Positions 9,983 to 20,340 of a stretch of 64,000 bases of DNA are shown here, piece after piece. The position numbers and the translations under genes were made by a program. Numbering within the stretch: position 1 is the first letter of the stretch; each line of letters starts with the position of its first letter. The notes beneath the pieces are model-generated. The model saw only the letters and a program-made list of their open reading frames with translations, ran no database searches and had not been told where the DNA came from. Source of the stretch: a virus; IMG/VR virus record IMGVR_UViG_3300033273_000550, positions 102,013 through 166,012 of that record. One strand, 5' to 3'.

Positions 9983-10534
9983 ATGGGTTTCGTAATAAGA
10001 GAGGATATTGAGACAAGTCTCGGTCCGACACAAGAGTTATATGTAAGAGTAGAAGGGTTTTCCTTCAACAAAGTTACAGCACAGTTAGGTTTTCAACTAA
10101 CCTACTGGGTAGATAGAGAGCATGCTATAAAGCATAACAGAACCTACCTAGAAGAAGAAGTAAAACCTATGGTGGGATTAGTACAAAATAAAATAATGTA
10201 CTATGATAAGTTAGAAAGCGATGGTGAAGAAATAGAATTCACCCACTTTTTAAAAGTTTCAGTTGCAGAGGAACAAGAGGTAGAAGTACCTCTTTTTGAA
10301 GAACAAGACTATGAGGTAGAAGTTCCGTATGTGAGCTTTGATGAAGAGGGAGAAGAAATTACTAAATTTAGAAAAGTAATTAAAACGAAGAAAGTGCAAG
10401 TAGGGAGTAACAAAGAGATAAGGACAGTCATAGATTTAAAAGCATTTGATGATATTTACGGATACTGTTATAAAAAATTGTTTGACTACCTTACTCAGTT
10501 TTTTCCTAATGATAAAATAGAAATAGTAAAATAA
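9983..10534 (+). CDS. Hypothetical acidic protein following S74 fibre (possible fibre assembly protein)
   Basis: 183 aa ORF, operonic with fibre gene. Confidence 0.6.
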   Translation: MGFVIREDIETSLGPTQELYVRVEGFSFNKVTAQLGFQLTYWVDREHAIKHNRTYLEEEVKPMVGLVQNKIMYYDKLESDGEEIEFTHFLKVSVAEEQEVEVPLFEEQDYEVEVPYVSFDEEGEEITKFRKVIKTKKVQVGSNKEIRTVIDLKAFDDIYGYCYKKLFDYLTQFFPNDKIEIVK

Positions 10535-10993
10535 ATGGCTAGATATACCTACGGGAGCACTAACGTTGCTTACAGTACATTCGACGAGTGGGCAAATAAC
10601 CTACCAGTAGCTGATTCAAATATATCAGCTTCTTCTGCTTTTGGTGATTTCCACCCCGCTATCACTAGTGACTATGAAGCAAGCTTTCTACAAGGTAGTT
10701 CAATATTTTATGGATCTTTTGTAGCTGGTACCGGAGGGACAGTAGAGTTAACTGCTCCATATACAGTTACAGCAACTTCATCTTTTAACATTAAAAATAT
10801 TAACGTAACAAATACTTCTATTACTGCAGTAGCATCAACTTCGTATCCATGGGTTTTTGATTCTTGGAGAACTGCAGCAGGAGGTGGAGGAAGTAGTATT
10901 AGTACAAACGCTACACTTACAATTACAGATGCAGCAATAGCAGATCATACTACTTATTATGCATACTTTACTACAACACATATTGATCCATAG
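10535..10993 (+). CDS. Small virion-associated protein with InlB B-repeat/Flg_new-like beta domain
   Basis: GGTVELTAP...ITAVAS...WVFDSW...STNATLTI...YYAYF pattern. Confidence 0.5.
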   Translation: MARYTYGSTNVAYSTFDEWANNLPVADSNISASSAFGDFHPAITSDYEASFLQGSSIFYGSFVAGTGGTVELTAPYTVTATSSFNIKNINVTNTSITAVASTSYPWVFDSWRTAAGGGGSSISTNATLTITDAAIADHTTYYAYFTTTHIDP

Positions 10994-11011
10994 AATTTAA
11001 GTTAAAAGGTT

Positions 11012-11866
11012 TTGAAAATAATTTGGGTTTTAGAAAATATAAAAAAGAGCGAAGAATTTTACAGTAAGCTCTATATACTTATTCTTTTAGCGTCAGTAAG
11101 ATTATGGAAGAGATACTATCCTTTCGATAGGTGTGTTTTATACTGTGATCAAATGACGTATAATCTTTTGTTAAACTTACAAGTAGAATGCTTATGGGAT
11201 GAGATTGAACTATTCGAAAGTAGTAGAAATATAAATAAAAAAGTTTTTTGGGCATCTTCTAAACTAGAAGTACTTTCTAAACAAGATGAACCTGTAATTA
11301 TAGTTGATAACGATACTCATATATTTTGTAAAATAAAAGATTATCTTGATCCACAAAAAGTTTATATTCATAACTACGAGGTGGGTAAGGGTTATTATCC
11401 TGGAGTTTTAGATCCATATGTACAAAAACTAGCTAAAAAAAGAAGATGGAAAACTGAGTCTGTAAATGTAAGTTTTTTACAACTACCTGATCCTGCTTTT
11501 ACTAAAAAATATGCAGAAGCTAGTTTAGAAATGATGGAAGAGTTTACATTAATGGATGTCCCTCATTCACAATACTTAATATTTTCCGAACAGCTACTTC
11601 TTAAACATATGTTAGAAGAAGAGCAAATCGATTATCAGAGTATTATATCTACTTACTGGAACTGTACAGAGTGGGAATGGGGGGAAGATCACGATAGAGG
11701 TATTTGGAAAATATACGATTCTGGTAAATACATAAAACATTACGGTCCATTAAAGGGGTGGATACTACAAAGTAAAGCCGATCTGAACTATGATGATGAA
11801 GTAAAACATTTGCTTAATTGCATTAATATTCCTAATTTAAACTTAGACCTGATTAAAAAACCATAA
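11012..11866 (+). CDS. GT-A fold nucleotide-diphospho-sugar transferase-like protein (DUF6734-like)
   Basis: FWASSKL...QDEPVIIVDND with DxD motif; late HYG motif; TTG start. Confidence 0.5.
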   Translation: MKIIWVLENIKKSEEFYSKLYILILLASVRLWKRYYPFDRCVLYCDQMTYNLLLNLQVECLWDEIELFESSRNINKKVFWASSKLEVLSKQDEPVIIVDNDTHIFCKIKDYLDPQKVYIHNYEVGKGYYPGVLDPYVQKLAKKRRWKTESVNVSFLQLPDPAFTKKYAEASLEMMEEFTLMDVPHSQYLIFSEQLLLKHMLEEEQIDYQSIISTYWNCTEWEWGEDHDRGIWKIYDSGKYIKHYGPLKGWILQSKADLNYDDEVKHLLNCINIPNLNLDLIKKP

Positions 11867-12627
11867 TGGGAGTTATAGATAAAGAATTTGTAAGACAGTT
11901 TCTAACTAATAATCCTAGATTAGTGGAAAATAAAAAAGGAGAGAAAGTAAAGGTTTTCGATCCCGTTAGGTACCGCTGGACTCATGGTGCTACTGATTAC
12001 CATTTAGGTGACGGTATGTTAATTTATTCGATTATTCAGTTAATGAGATATAAAACCTGTGTTTGTTTAGGTTCAGGAGCAGGATTTATCCCTCGTATAA
12101 TGACCCAGGCTAGATTAGATTTACACGATCAAGGTATATTCTCAGGAGATAAAGATTACAATCACGGTGATATCGGGGAGACATACTTAGTAGATGCTGC
12201 TAATGGCATAGGAGGAAAAATAGACTACTCAGATAATGATAGCTTTTTTAGATATCAATTTGTGCCTAGATTCATTAAAGATACTACTGAGAATGCTTTT
12301 TATAATTATTTTGTTAAGAAAGATATAAAAATTGATTTTCTACATATTGATGCAGGTCATTCTTATGAAGATGTTAAAAAAGATTTTGAACTTTACTCTA
12401 CATTAGTAAAACCGAATGGAATGATATCAATTCACGATACAGATGAGAAGTATCAAGCAGAGCTTATAATCACTGAAGATGAAAAAGAATACTACGAATT
12501 ATTTGATGGACCTCCTAAATTTATAAAAGAAATAGGTTCCGAATGGAAACAATTTAATTTTTTCAATACAGGAATAGAGAAATCAAAACCTGCATCAACA
12601 GGATTAACATTATTACAACGTGTCTAA
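11866..12627 (+). CDS. Class I SAM-dependent methyltransferase (Methyltransf_24-like)
   Basis: CLGSGAG motif I; IDFLHIDAGHSYEDVKKDF...VKPNGMISIHDT. Confidence 0.85.
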   Translation: MGVIDKEFVRQFLTNNPRLVENKKGEKVKVFDPVRYRWTHGATDYHLGDGMLIYSIIQLMRYKTCVCLGSGAGFIPRIMTQARLDLHDQGIFSGDKDYNHGDIGETYLVDAANGIGGKIDYSDNDSFFRYQFVPRFIKDTTENAFYNYFVKKDIKIDFLHIDAGHSYEDVKKDFELYSTLVKPNGMISIHDTDEKYQAELIITEDEKEYYELFDGPPKFIKEIGSEWKQFNFFNTGIEKSKPASTGLTLLQRV

Positions 12628-13240
12628 AATTCTTATAATTACTATTGGGCGAACAGGAAGCACAAACCTTAGTAAAGGATTAGCAGCTAATTTGAATTTG
12701 AAGCTTTTTGACGAACCATTTAATCCGAGTTTAAATAAGTATTCTCATGACTTTAATTTAAAAAAACTTAAAACTAAAAAAAGTCTTATAGTAAAGCATA
12801 TATGGTTTCATACTCCTGTTGAATATAATTATAAAAACTTCTTACAGGAATTTATTACTTATTTTGATAAAATATTTATGTTAGTTCGAAGTAATATAAA
12901 AGAACATTATGAGAGCCTAGTTAACCTGAAATACAGAACAAATACTAAGGTTAATGTTTTTGAAAAGTACAACTACAATGATATACCTTCTAAGTTTAAA
13001 GAAGACTATAAGAATATACTTACTATAGAAAAGCTTAGCAGTTATGTAGAATACCTACATAATTTTTCTATCGATAATAACATACCTATCCTATATTATG
13101 AAAAACTATACTCAGAAGACATTCATAGTAACGTAGATTACATAAGAAAATTTATACCAGAAATATCAGAGAATATTAATACCTATTTAAATCCTGTTAA
13201 TAGACAAAGGTTTGATACGACTTCATTTACGTTAATATGA
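12620..13240 (+). CDS. Sulfotransferase-like protein
   Basis: N-terminal ITIGRTGST PAPS-binding loop followed by EPFN; late ILYYEKL. Confidence 0.7.
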   Translation: MSKILIITIGRTGSTNLSKGLAANLNLKLFDEPFNPSLNKYSHDFNLKKLKTKKSLIVKHIWFHTPVEYNYKNFLQEFITYFDKIFMLVRSNIKEHYESLVNLKYRTNTKVNVFEKYNYNDIPSKFKEDYKNILTIEKLSSYVEYLHNFSIDNNIPILYYEKLYSEDIHSNVDYIRKFIPEISENINTYLNPVNRQRFDTTSFTLI

Positions 13241-13767
13241 ATATAGAGATAATACATAATATACTTTCAGAAAAAACTTTAACTCTAGTAAATAAGAATT
13301 TGGAGTATATTAGAAAAGGGACTTCTTCTTTTTTTAATAGTAAGGACGTATGGCATAAAGAAATAATAGAATTTAGTAAAGAAGTTTTTATACACATATT
13401 ACCTAAAACCTCAAAAGAATTTGATAGTATAAATAAGGATTTATTGAAGTTAAACTTAAATCGACCCCCTAAAGTTATAATGTACTATTTTTGGCAACCC
13501 GGTTCTTATATACCTTGGCATACTGATAAGATATATAGCAACACATTAACTATATACATTAATAAAGAGTGGGACTACTCATGGGGAGGTCTATTCCAAT
13601 ACTATACAAATAAAGAGATTAAAACTATTATTCCTGGATATAACATAGGATTGCTACAATCTGGTGATTTGAAACACTCTACCACAGTAACTACATCCAC
13701 CAGCCCTGTACGAATTTCAATTCAAATATTTTTTGATGATAAAGTTATTAAACGGCAATTAGTATAA
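13237..13767 (+). CDS. 2OG-Fe(II) oxygenase (prolyl-hydroxylase-like)
   Basis: IPWHTD (HxD), WDYSWGGLF, distal H (KHST) and RISIQ. Confidence 0.85.
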   Translation: MNIEIIHNILSEKTLTLVNKNLEYIRKGTSSFFNSKDVWHKEIIEFSKEVFIHILPKTSKEFDSINKDLLKLNLNRPPKVIMYYFWQPGSYIPWHTDKIYSNTLTIYINKEWDYSWGGLFQYYTNKEIKTIIPGYNIGLLQSGDLKHSTTVTTSTSPVRISIQIFFDDKVIKRQLV

Positions 13768-14291
13768 TGAACATACAAAAGACATTTATATTACCTACTG
13801 CGGACTGTGAAGGTCTAATAAAATTAGCAGAATCAACTGGGTTTTCAAAAAGTACGATAGAAGGTTCATATCGAGAGATAAGCTCAAAAGGTATAAGAAA
13901 GTCTTTAGAGAGCACAATAAGAGTAGATGATTATATAAAATCTATTATAGATAAAGCCTTACCAGACACAAAAGTTATAAGATACCCAGAATACTGCAAA
14001 ATAATAAAATACTCTATTGGGGATTACTTTAAAAAGCATAATGATAATGAAGGAATAAACGATAGGTATAAAACTTTACTTATACAGTTATCTGGTAAAA
14101 AAAAGTACACCGGAGCTGATGTTTTAATTTACAAAAAAGATTCATATATTAAAGTAGATAAAACCCAAGGTTCAGGAATACTTTTTGATTCTTTTTTAAC
14201 TCATGAGGTTACACCTCTAACTAAAGGACATAGATATGTTTTTGTTCTCTGGTTCACTTACGACAATTTATATATAAGAAATACGATATAA
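13767..14291 (+). CDS. 2OG-Fe(II) oxygenase (PKHD-like)
   Basis: FKKHND, LFDSFLTHEVTPLTKGHRYVFVLW. Confidence 0.85.
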   Translation: MNIQKTFILPTADCEGLIKLAESTGFSKSTIEGSYREISSKGIRKSLESTIRVDDYIKSIIDKALPDTKVIRYPEYCKIIKYSIGDYFKKHNDNEGINDRYKTLLIQLSGKKKYTGADVLIYKKDSYIKVDKTQGSGILFDSFLTHEVTPLTKGHRYVFVLWFTYDNLYIRNTI

Positions 14292-15127
14292 TGTTAAACC
14301 TAGTTACAGTTGTTGGGAGAAATACTCATATACTACCTCATATGCTAAAACACTATGAAGGTAAAGTAGAAAAACATTATGTAGTTGTCTACAGACAAAG
14401 TGATGATGACGGTATACTTGAAGAAATAGAAGAGTTAGGTATTACTCCATTTAAAGTAGTAACTGAACCTAAGTTCCACTGGGAAAAAGTAACAGATCTA
14501 TATAACGAAGTAAGAGTAACAAAACCTAATGACTGGTGGGTAATATCCGACGACGACGAATTACAGGTATACCCTACAGATATAGACTATCTTATAAGAC
14601 AGTGTGAATATTATGGGTATGATTTTATTACTGGTGGGTTTATAGATAGAATAGGTAAAGGTGGTACTTTTCCAAAAGTGAAGAGAGACACAGATATACA
14701 CAAAGAGTTTCCTCTTGCTGGTTTTTTTCGATTTCCAATGTCTGGTGCGTGTCCTAATAAAGTAACTTTAGCAAAAGGACATCAAAAAATAACACCTGGT
14801 CAACACTATGCTCTTTTTTCTGATGGAAACAGTTGGGGAACTTCTCACCCTAAGCGTTATCCTATAGAAGAATGCTTTACTCAGGTACATCACTTTAAAT
14901 GGGATGAAAGTTGCATCAAGAGAATAAAAGAAGTAGCAGATAATAAAAAAGAATACTCCTTTTCTAATGAATATTTGAAAATGTATAACGCTATAAAGGA
15001 TAGCAATTGGAAAATAGATATAGAGAATAAACTATATCTAGTTGAATCTTTAAAGGAATTTTCTTATATTGATTATTATGACTATTCTAAATGGAATATA
15101 TTAACTCGTAAAATTGTAAAAATTTAA
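14291..15127 (+). CDS. Glycosyltransferase family 2-like protein
   Basis: LPHMLKHY...WWVISDDDEL (DxD), HHFKW. Confidence 0.75.
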   Translation: MLNLVTVVGRNTHILPHMLKHYEGKVEKHYVVVYRQSDDDGILEEIEELGITPFKVVTEPKFHWEKVTDLYNEVRVTKPNDWWVISDDDELQVYPTDIDYLIRQCEYYGYDFITGGFIDRIGKGGTFPKVKRDTDIHKEFPLAGFFRFPMSGACPNKVTLAKGHQKITPGQHYALFSDGNSWGTSHPKRYPIEECFTQVHHFKWDESCIKRIKEVADNKKEYSFSNEYLKMYNAIKDSNWKIDIENKLYLVESLKEFSYIDYYDYSKWNILTRKIVKI

Positions 15128-15129
15128 TT

Positions 15130-15315
15130 ATGGCACAAAACAAGAAAACTGACGCTGAACTTCTTCAAGAAAGAAATACTAAAGCTCTAGAGAAAATAGC
15201 TGCCTCTGTGGATGCTATCGCTTATTGGTTAGAAGATATCGATAAACAAGAATGGAGTGAAAGATTACAATGGTATCTAGCTGAGTTCTTAAAGAATGCA
15301 CAAGAGAATAAATAA
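15130..15315 (+). CDS. Small helical hypothetical protein
   Basis: 61 aa ORF, 2-nt gaps to neighbours. Confidence 0.6.
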   Translation: MAQNKKTDAELLQERNTKALEKIAASVDAIAYWLEDIDKQEWSERLQWYLAEFLKNAQENK

Positions 15316-15317
15316 TT

Positions 15318-16706
15318 GTGGAAAAACTAGCGATAATTGTCCCTTATCGTAATCGTTATGACCAATTAGAAAAATTTACCGAATATATTACTAGGTATTT
15401 AGATAATAGAAAATTTAAGTACTATATTATCGTAGTAGAGCAAGACGATGCTAAAGAGTTTAACAGAGGTAAATTACTTAATATAGGTTATACAGAAGCA
15501 AAAAAGAAAGCTTGTGATTACTTAGTTTTTCACGATGTAGACATGCTTCCTATAGACGTTGACTATTCTTATGTCAACCGTCCTACACATTTAATATCTG
15601 AAGATTTACCTTTTCCTGAATACTTTGGAGGAGTAACATTATTTCCTATAGAGGATTTTGAAAAAATAAATGGATTTTCTAATAATTATTGGGGATGGGG
15701 TTTTGAAGATGATGATATACGTTACAGATGTATGCTAGAAAATGTAGGACTAAGAACTTTTAGCTTACAAAACAAATTTGTTACTTCAAGAGGACTCAAA
15801 CTTAATGGTGAAAATGCTTATGTGAGTACTAGAAATCTTTTAAAGTCAAATAGAGATTTTAGCTTTTTCATTGAGTTCTACCCTCATGAAGTGATGTATG
15901 ATACCGAAAAAGATTTTGATAAATATTCACTTCTATCTATACCCGGATTTGACTTTAGTATTAATTATACCTCTTTCAACAGATTCCAGGTAGAATTCTT
16001 TAATGAAGATAGAAAATACTATCAGGTATACTCTGATGTTATTAATTTAATTAATTCTAGAGTAGGTATAGGTGTAACTTATATTAGAAAAGATAAAAAA
16101 CTTTTATTTTATATCAACGGTAAAAAAATAGGAGATACAATTCATGAAGGAGAAATATACCCTTACCATAAAGAAAGAGTTATATACCTAGGTTGTAGTA
16201 AAGCTAAAGAACATTTTTTACCTACTACCTATACTACCTTTGCTTATTACGATTGTGCGCTAACTAAAGAGGATTTTGCTAGCATAAATAATAACCGTGA
16301 GATAAGTCTATTAGAAAATTTTGAAAACTATAATAATTGCGGTAACTTAAAAACCTATTTTGATTTTAAGTATCTAAAAGAATATAAAGCAATAGACTTA
16401 TCCGGGAATGGTAATGAAGGTGAGATAGAAAAAGGAGAACCTATCAATATAAGTAAACTTACTGTAAACAAGCACGGTATTCCTTACAGAAAAACTGGGC
16501 GTGTAAAGAAGCTTCCTCATATAAATAACGGATTCTATGAAGGAAAATGGAAACATCAATCGACCAGATGGAATCAAATTAGATTCAATAACGAGGTAGA
16601 GAAAGGTTATTATAATACCAAACTAGACGGATTATCAAACTTACAATTTAAAACACATTCTAAAAAACAACGAGGTAAAGTTATAACATTAAACGTTGGT
16701 ATATGA
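15318..16706 (+). CDS. GT7 (beta-1,4-galactosyltransferase-like) glycosyltransferase with inserted LamG/ConA-like domain
   Basis: IIVPYRNR, FNRGKLLNIG, FHDVD, YFGGV, NGFSNNYWGWGFEDDD; about 210 aa beta insert (LKLNGENAYV...FYINGKKIG...IYLG...DLSGNGNEG); GT7 C-terminal strand DGLSNL. Confidence 0.85.
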   Translation: MEKLAIIVPYRNRYDQLEKFTEYITRYLDNRKFKYYIIVVEQDDAKEFNRGKLLNIGYTEAKKKACDYLVFHDVDMLPIDVDYSYVNRPTHLISEDLPFPEYFGGVTLFPIEDFEKINGFSNNYWGWGFEDDDIRYRCMLENVGLRTFSLQNKFVTSRGLKLNGENAYVSTRNLLKSNRDFSFFIEFYPHEVMYDTEKDFDKYSLLSIPGFDFSINYTSFNRFQVEFFNEDRKYYQVYSDVINLINSRVGIGVTYIRKDKKLLFYINGKKIGDTIHEGEIYPYHKERVIYLGCSKAKEHFLPTTYTTFAYYDCALTKEDFASINNNREISLLENFENYNNCGNLKTYFDFKYLKEYKAIDLSGNGNEGEIEKGEPINISKLTVNKHGIPYRKTGRVKKLPHINNGFYEGKWKHQSTRWNQIRFNNEVEKGYYNTKLDGLSNLQFKTHSKKQRGKVITLNVGI

Positions 16707-18115
16707 AGTTAGGAGTGTGTGTACCATACAGAAATAGAGAATTGCATTTGAACGAATTCGTTCCAAAGGTAGGTAAGTATCTTAAAAATAGAGGAATAGA
16801 TTTTCAAATGTACTTTTGTCATCAAACAGATGATAAATTATTTAACAGGGGTGCTACAAAAAATATAGCAGCTAAACATGCACTGGAAGAAGGGTGTGAT
16901 TACATTGTATGGCATGATATAGATATGATACCTGAAGAGGGAGGAGGAGCTGATTATTCGTACCCAAAAGATAATCCTAGACATATAGCAACTCAAATAT
17001 CTCAAATGGACTATAAACTTAAGTATCATGAGTATTTCGGAGGTGCAGTTCTATTTACAAAGGAACAAGTAGAAGCTACTAATGGATATTCTAATAACTA
17101 TTGGGATTGGGGAATGGAAGATGATGATTTATTTTGGAGGTGTTATAAGGAAGGATATTTAAACGATTCCTATTTATTATCAAAGCCGTTAAAGCAAAAG
17201 TATATGTCTTTTGATGGTGAAGGTTCTTACATAAAAATACCTTCTGATAGAAGAACAAAAAGGTTAACTGGTAGTTCTCACACAGTATCTATTTTATGCA
17301 GAGCTTTCCAACAACCAGAAAAACATAACATATACTTAATAGGAGATGAAAAAACTAGATACATAGAGTATCCAATATTTAGAATACCAGGATACGACTA
17401 TGGAATATCTTTTAATAACTCTAGAGCATTAACCTTACAGTTTTGGAATATGTTCTATAAACACAATTATATGTGGGTAAAACGTTACGATAATCACTGG
17501 TCATGGATAACCGCAGTTATAGATGATTCTAATAAAATATCTCATTTTTACTTAAACGGAACAGAAGTAGATTCTAAAGGTGGTTATGGAAGTCCCTCAC
17601 CACTAGAATACTCAGGTAGACTACTTAAATATAAAGAAAGTGATATGTATTTAGGTATGTCTAAAAACGAACCAGAAGATGCTCCTAATAAATATTTTAA
17701 AGGAGATATAGCAAGGGTATATGCATGGGATAGAGCTTTAGATCCTTCTGAGGTCGAAAACTTACATAGAGAAATACCTACTGATATGGTAGTTAATTTA
17801 AATTTTAATAATCCTAGAACTAAATTTAAAAATAATAAGTGCCAGGAAAAAGAAGAGGATATACTAATTCCCAATTCTATTTTACCTCATAGAGTTGAAG
17901 GTAGAATGAGATGTCTTCCTCATAAAGACGAAGGTATAGTAGACGGAAAATTTGCTAAAGGAGAAACTACTGCTAAAAATGAAAGAAGGTATGTACTTCA
18001 AATGCAACAAGGTAAAATTAACCATAAAGAAGATGGTATAAAACAAGTAAAATATGAGTTTGTGAAAGAAACTAAACTTACACCTTGGGCTAAAATGATA
18101 GATATAAAATTATGA
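16703..18115 (+). CDS. Second GT7 glycosyltransferase with inserted LamG/ConA-like domain
   Basis: VCVPYRNR, FNRG, WHDID, YFGGA, NGYSNNYWDWGMEDDD; insert FDGEGSYI...WSWITAV..HFYLNG..MYLG..FKGDIARVYAWDRAL; DGIKQVKY tail. Confidence 0.85.
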   Translation: MKLGVCVPYRNRELHLNEFVPKVGKYLKNRGIDFQMYFCHQTDDKLFNRGATKNIAAKHALEEGCDYIVWHDIDMIPEEGGGADYSYPKDNPRHIATQISQMDYKLKYHEYFGGAVLFTKEQVEATNGYSNNYWDWGMEDDDLFWRCYKEGYLNDSYLLSKPLKQKYMSFDGEGSYIKIPSDRRTKRLTGSSHTVSILCRAFQQPEKHNIYLIGDEKTRYIEYPIFRIPGYDYGISFNNSRALTLQFWNMFYKHNYMWVKRYDNHWSWITAVIDDSNKISHFYLNGTEVDSKGGYGSPSPLEYSGRLLKYKESDMYLGMSKNEPEDAPNKYFKGDIARVYAWDRALDPSEVENLHREIPTDMVVNLNFNNPRTKFKNNKCQEKEEDILIPNSILPHRVEGRMRCLPHKDEGIVDGKFAKGETTAKNERRYVLQMQQGKINHKEDGIKQVKYEFVKETKLTPWAKMIDIKL

Positions 18116-19554
18116 GTGATAAATTAGAGTTAGAAAAAAAGAAAGCTAAGTTACTTTTAGGTAATCACGATTATCAAATTACTAAAGATAAGCTTGATAA
18201 GGTAGGATGCGGTATGTGCTTAGCTAAATGGACACAGACTACTATACACTTACAAATGGGACAAACTCACTCTTGTCACCACCCTGCTACTCATAAAATT
18301 CCACTTAACGAATTAAAAAGAAACCCATCAGCATTACATAATACTTCTTTTAAAAAGCATAAGAGAAAAGAAATGCTTGAAGGAAAAAGACCAGCTGAAT
18401 GTGATTATTGTTGGAACGTAGAAGATAATTCTCCTCAATTTTCTGATAGAGTTTTTAAGTCTAATGAAAGTTGGTCAGCTCCTCATTACGATGAGATTGT
18501 TAATACTCATTGGAGAGCAGATTACAACCCTAAGTACGTAGAGGTAGCATTTTCTAATCAATGTAACTTTGCCTGTTCTTACTGCGGACCTTCCTTCTCT
18601 TCTAAATGGACAGTAGAGGCAAATAAATTTGGACCTTATCCAACTCAAGATAATTTTAATGATATAGAGGCATTGAGGGCTAACGGCAAGATGCCAATTC
18701 ACCACACAGAACATAACCCTTATGTAGAAGCATTTTGGAAATGGTGGCCTGAATTATATAGAGACTTACATACATTTAGAATAACAGGAGGAGAGCCCTT
18801 ACTTTCTAAAGACACTTGGGGTATATTAGATTATATTATTAACGAATCTAATCCTAATACTAAACTTAATTTAGCAATTAATTCTAACCTCGGTGTCCCA
18901 GATGATTTAGTAGATAAATTTATTGATAAAATTAAAAGGATAGAAGATGAAGGAAGAGTAAACGAATTTATTATATTCACCTCTGTTGATACTTGGGGTG
19001 CTCAAGCAGAATATATTAGAAATGGTCTAGAGTTTAATAGAATGTGGGATAATATTAATAAAATATTAACTGCATGTCCGAGAGTTAATGTAACTATTAT
19101 GTCAACTTTCAACGCTATGTCTGTTCCTAATTATAAGAAGTTAGTAGACGGAGTATATAACCTTAAGAAGCTATATTCTCATAAAGATAGGTATTGGGTA
19201 TCAGCGGTCTTTTTAGATACTTCGTACCTAAGACACCCTCTACACCAAACACTTCAGATATTAGAAGAAGAAAAATGGGGACCTGTTCTTTGGGATACAG
19301 TACAGTATGTAGATTTTTTAGGTATTCCTAAATTCGATCACGAATTAGTAGGATATTCAGACGTAGAGGTTCAAAAAATAAAAAGAGCTTATGATTGGAT
19401 GGTCTCTAAATTTAAAGATCCTGAAAAAATTTATAGACAAAGAAGAGATTTTGGTAGGTTCTTTAAAGAGCACGATAGAAGAAGAGGAACGGATTTTAAA
19501 AAGACGTTTCCTGAGCTAGCAGATTTTTTCGATTGGGTTTTAACATTTAAGTAA
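18112..19554 (+). CDS. Radical SAM protein with N-terminal twitch-like Cys cluster
   Basis: CNFACSYC; GGEP; N-terminal C..KW...SCHH...CDYCW. Confidence 0.9.
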   Translation: MSDKLELEKKKAKLLLGNHDYQITKDKLDKVGCGMCLAKWTQTTIHLQMGQTHSCHHPATHKIPLNELKRNPSALHNTSFKKHKRKEMLEGKRPAECDYCWNVEDNSPQFSDRVFKSNESWSAPHYDEIVNTHWRADYNPKYVEVAFSNQCNFACSYCGPSFSSKWTVEANKFGPYPTQDNFNDIEALRANGKMPIHHTEHNPYVEAFWKWWPELYRDLHTFRITGGEPLLSKDTWGILDYIINESNPNTKLNLAINSNLGVPDDLVDKFIDKIKRIEDEGRVNEFIIFTSVDTWGAQAEYIRNGLEFNRMWDNINKILTACPRVNVTIMSTFNAMSVPNYKKLVDGVYNLKKLYSHKDRYWVSAVFLDTSYLRHPLHQTLQILEEEKWGPVLWDTVQYVDFLGIPKFDHELVGYSDVEVQKIKRAYDWMVSKFKDPEKIYRQRRDFGRFFKEHDRRRGTDFKKTFPELADFFDWVLTFK

Positions 19555-20339
19555 TGATTTTAAATAAAGAGAGAAGTTATATTTTTTACGATATAGATAG
19601 ACACGGAGTTTATATTAATCCTGTTTCTGATATGTTTGGTGATAAGTTTACTATGCTATGTAGATTTACCCCAGACTATGATCATATTCAAAAAACTTTA
19701 GAAAGCAGAAGAGATAATTCTAAGTTTAATAGAGTATTTCACAAACAATGTATTGTTGGTAAAAACGGTAAACACACAGGCTTATTTTTTACATCGTTAA
19801 TTGATGATTCTGGTGATATTGTTCATACCGTAGAGTATGAATGGTGGCAAAATCCTTTATGGGAACAAAATCAAAGCGAGGATGATGATGAATGTAAAGC
19901 TATTCGATTCCCAGTAGATCCGTACCAAACAGATACTTTTGAGGTAGTAGTAAAAAAGTACGATGGGGTATTTGAAGTTACTATGAACGGTAAAACACAA
20001 AGTTTAGAGTATGACTGTATAATTGATTACTCTAAGTCTTTTGTTTGGATAGGAGCTGCCAATAGGTTATTAGATGATTCTGAAGCTTATGATGAAGGAT
20101 TTGCTTGTTTATACACTGGTGATATATCATTATTACATATGCAAGAAACTGAGATGAATCAAAGCGATATCGATCTTTGCTTTACTAATTTTAAATCGTT
20201 TAGAGAAAGAGGGTATAATACTAAAGAAGACGTATTGTTTATTTCAACAGATTTTTCTGAAACTACACCTTATAAGGCTAGAGATTTTTCTGGAAATGGT
20301 ACTCATCCTTTGCTGTATAACCCTCATTGGATAGGGTAA
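19554..20339 (+). CDS. Stand-alone LamG/ConA-like domain protein
   Basis: FTMLCRF..IVGK..TMNG..VWIGA..YTGDIS..DFSGNG pattern resembling the GT7 inserts. Confidence 0.55.
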   Translation: MILNKERSYIFYDIDRHGVYINPVSDMFGDKFTMLCRFTPDYDHIQKTLESRRDNSKFNRVFHKQCIVGKNGKHTGLFFTSLIDDSGDIVHTVEYEWWQNPLWEQNQSEDDDECKAIRFPVDPYQTDTFEVVVKKYDGVFEVTMNGKTQSLEYDCIIDYSKSFVWIGAANRLLDDSEAYDEGFACLYTGDISLLHMQETEMNQSDIDLCFTNFKSFRERGYNTKEDVLFISTDFSETTPYKARDFSGNGTHPLLYNPHWIG

Positions 20340-20340
20340 A

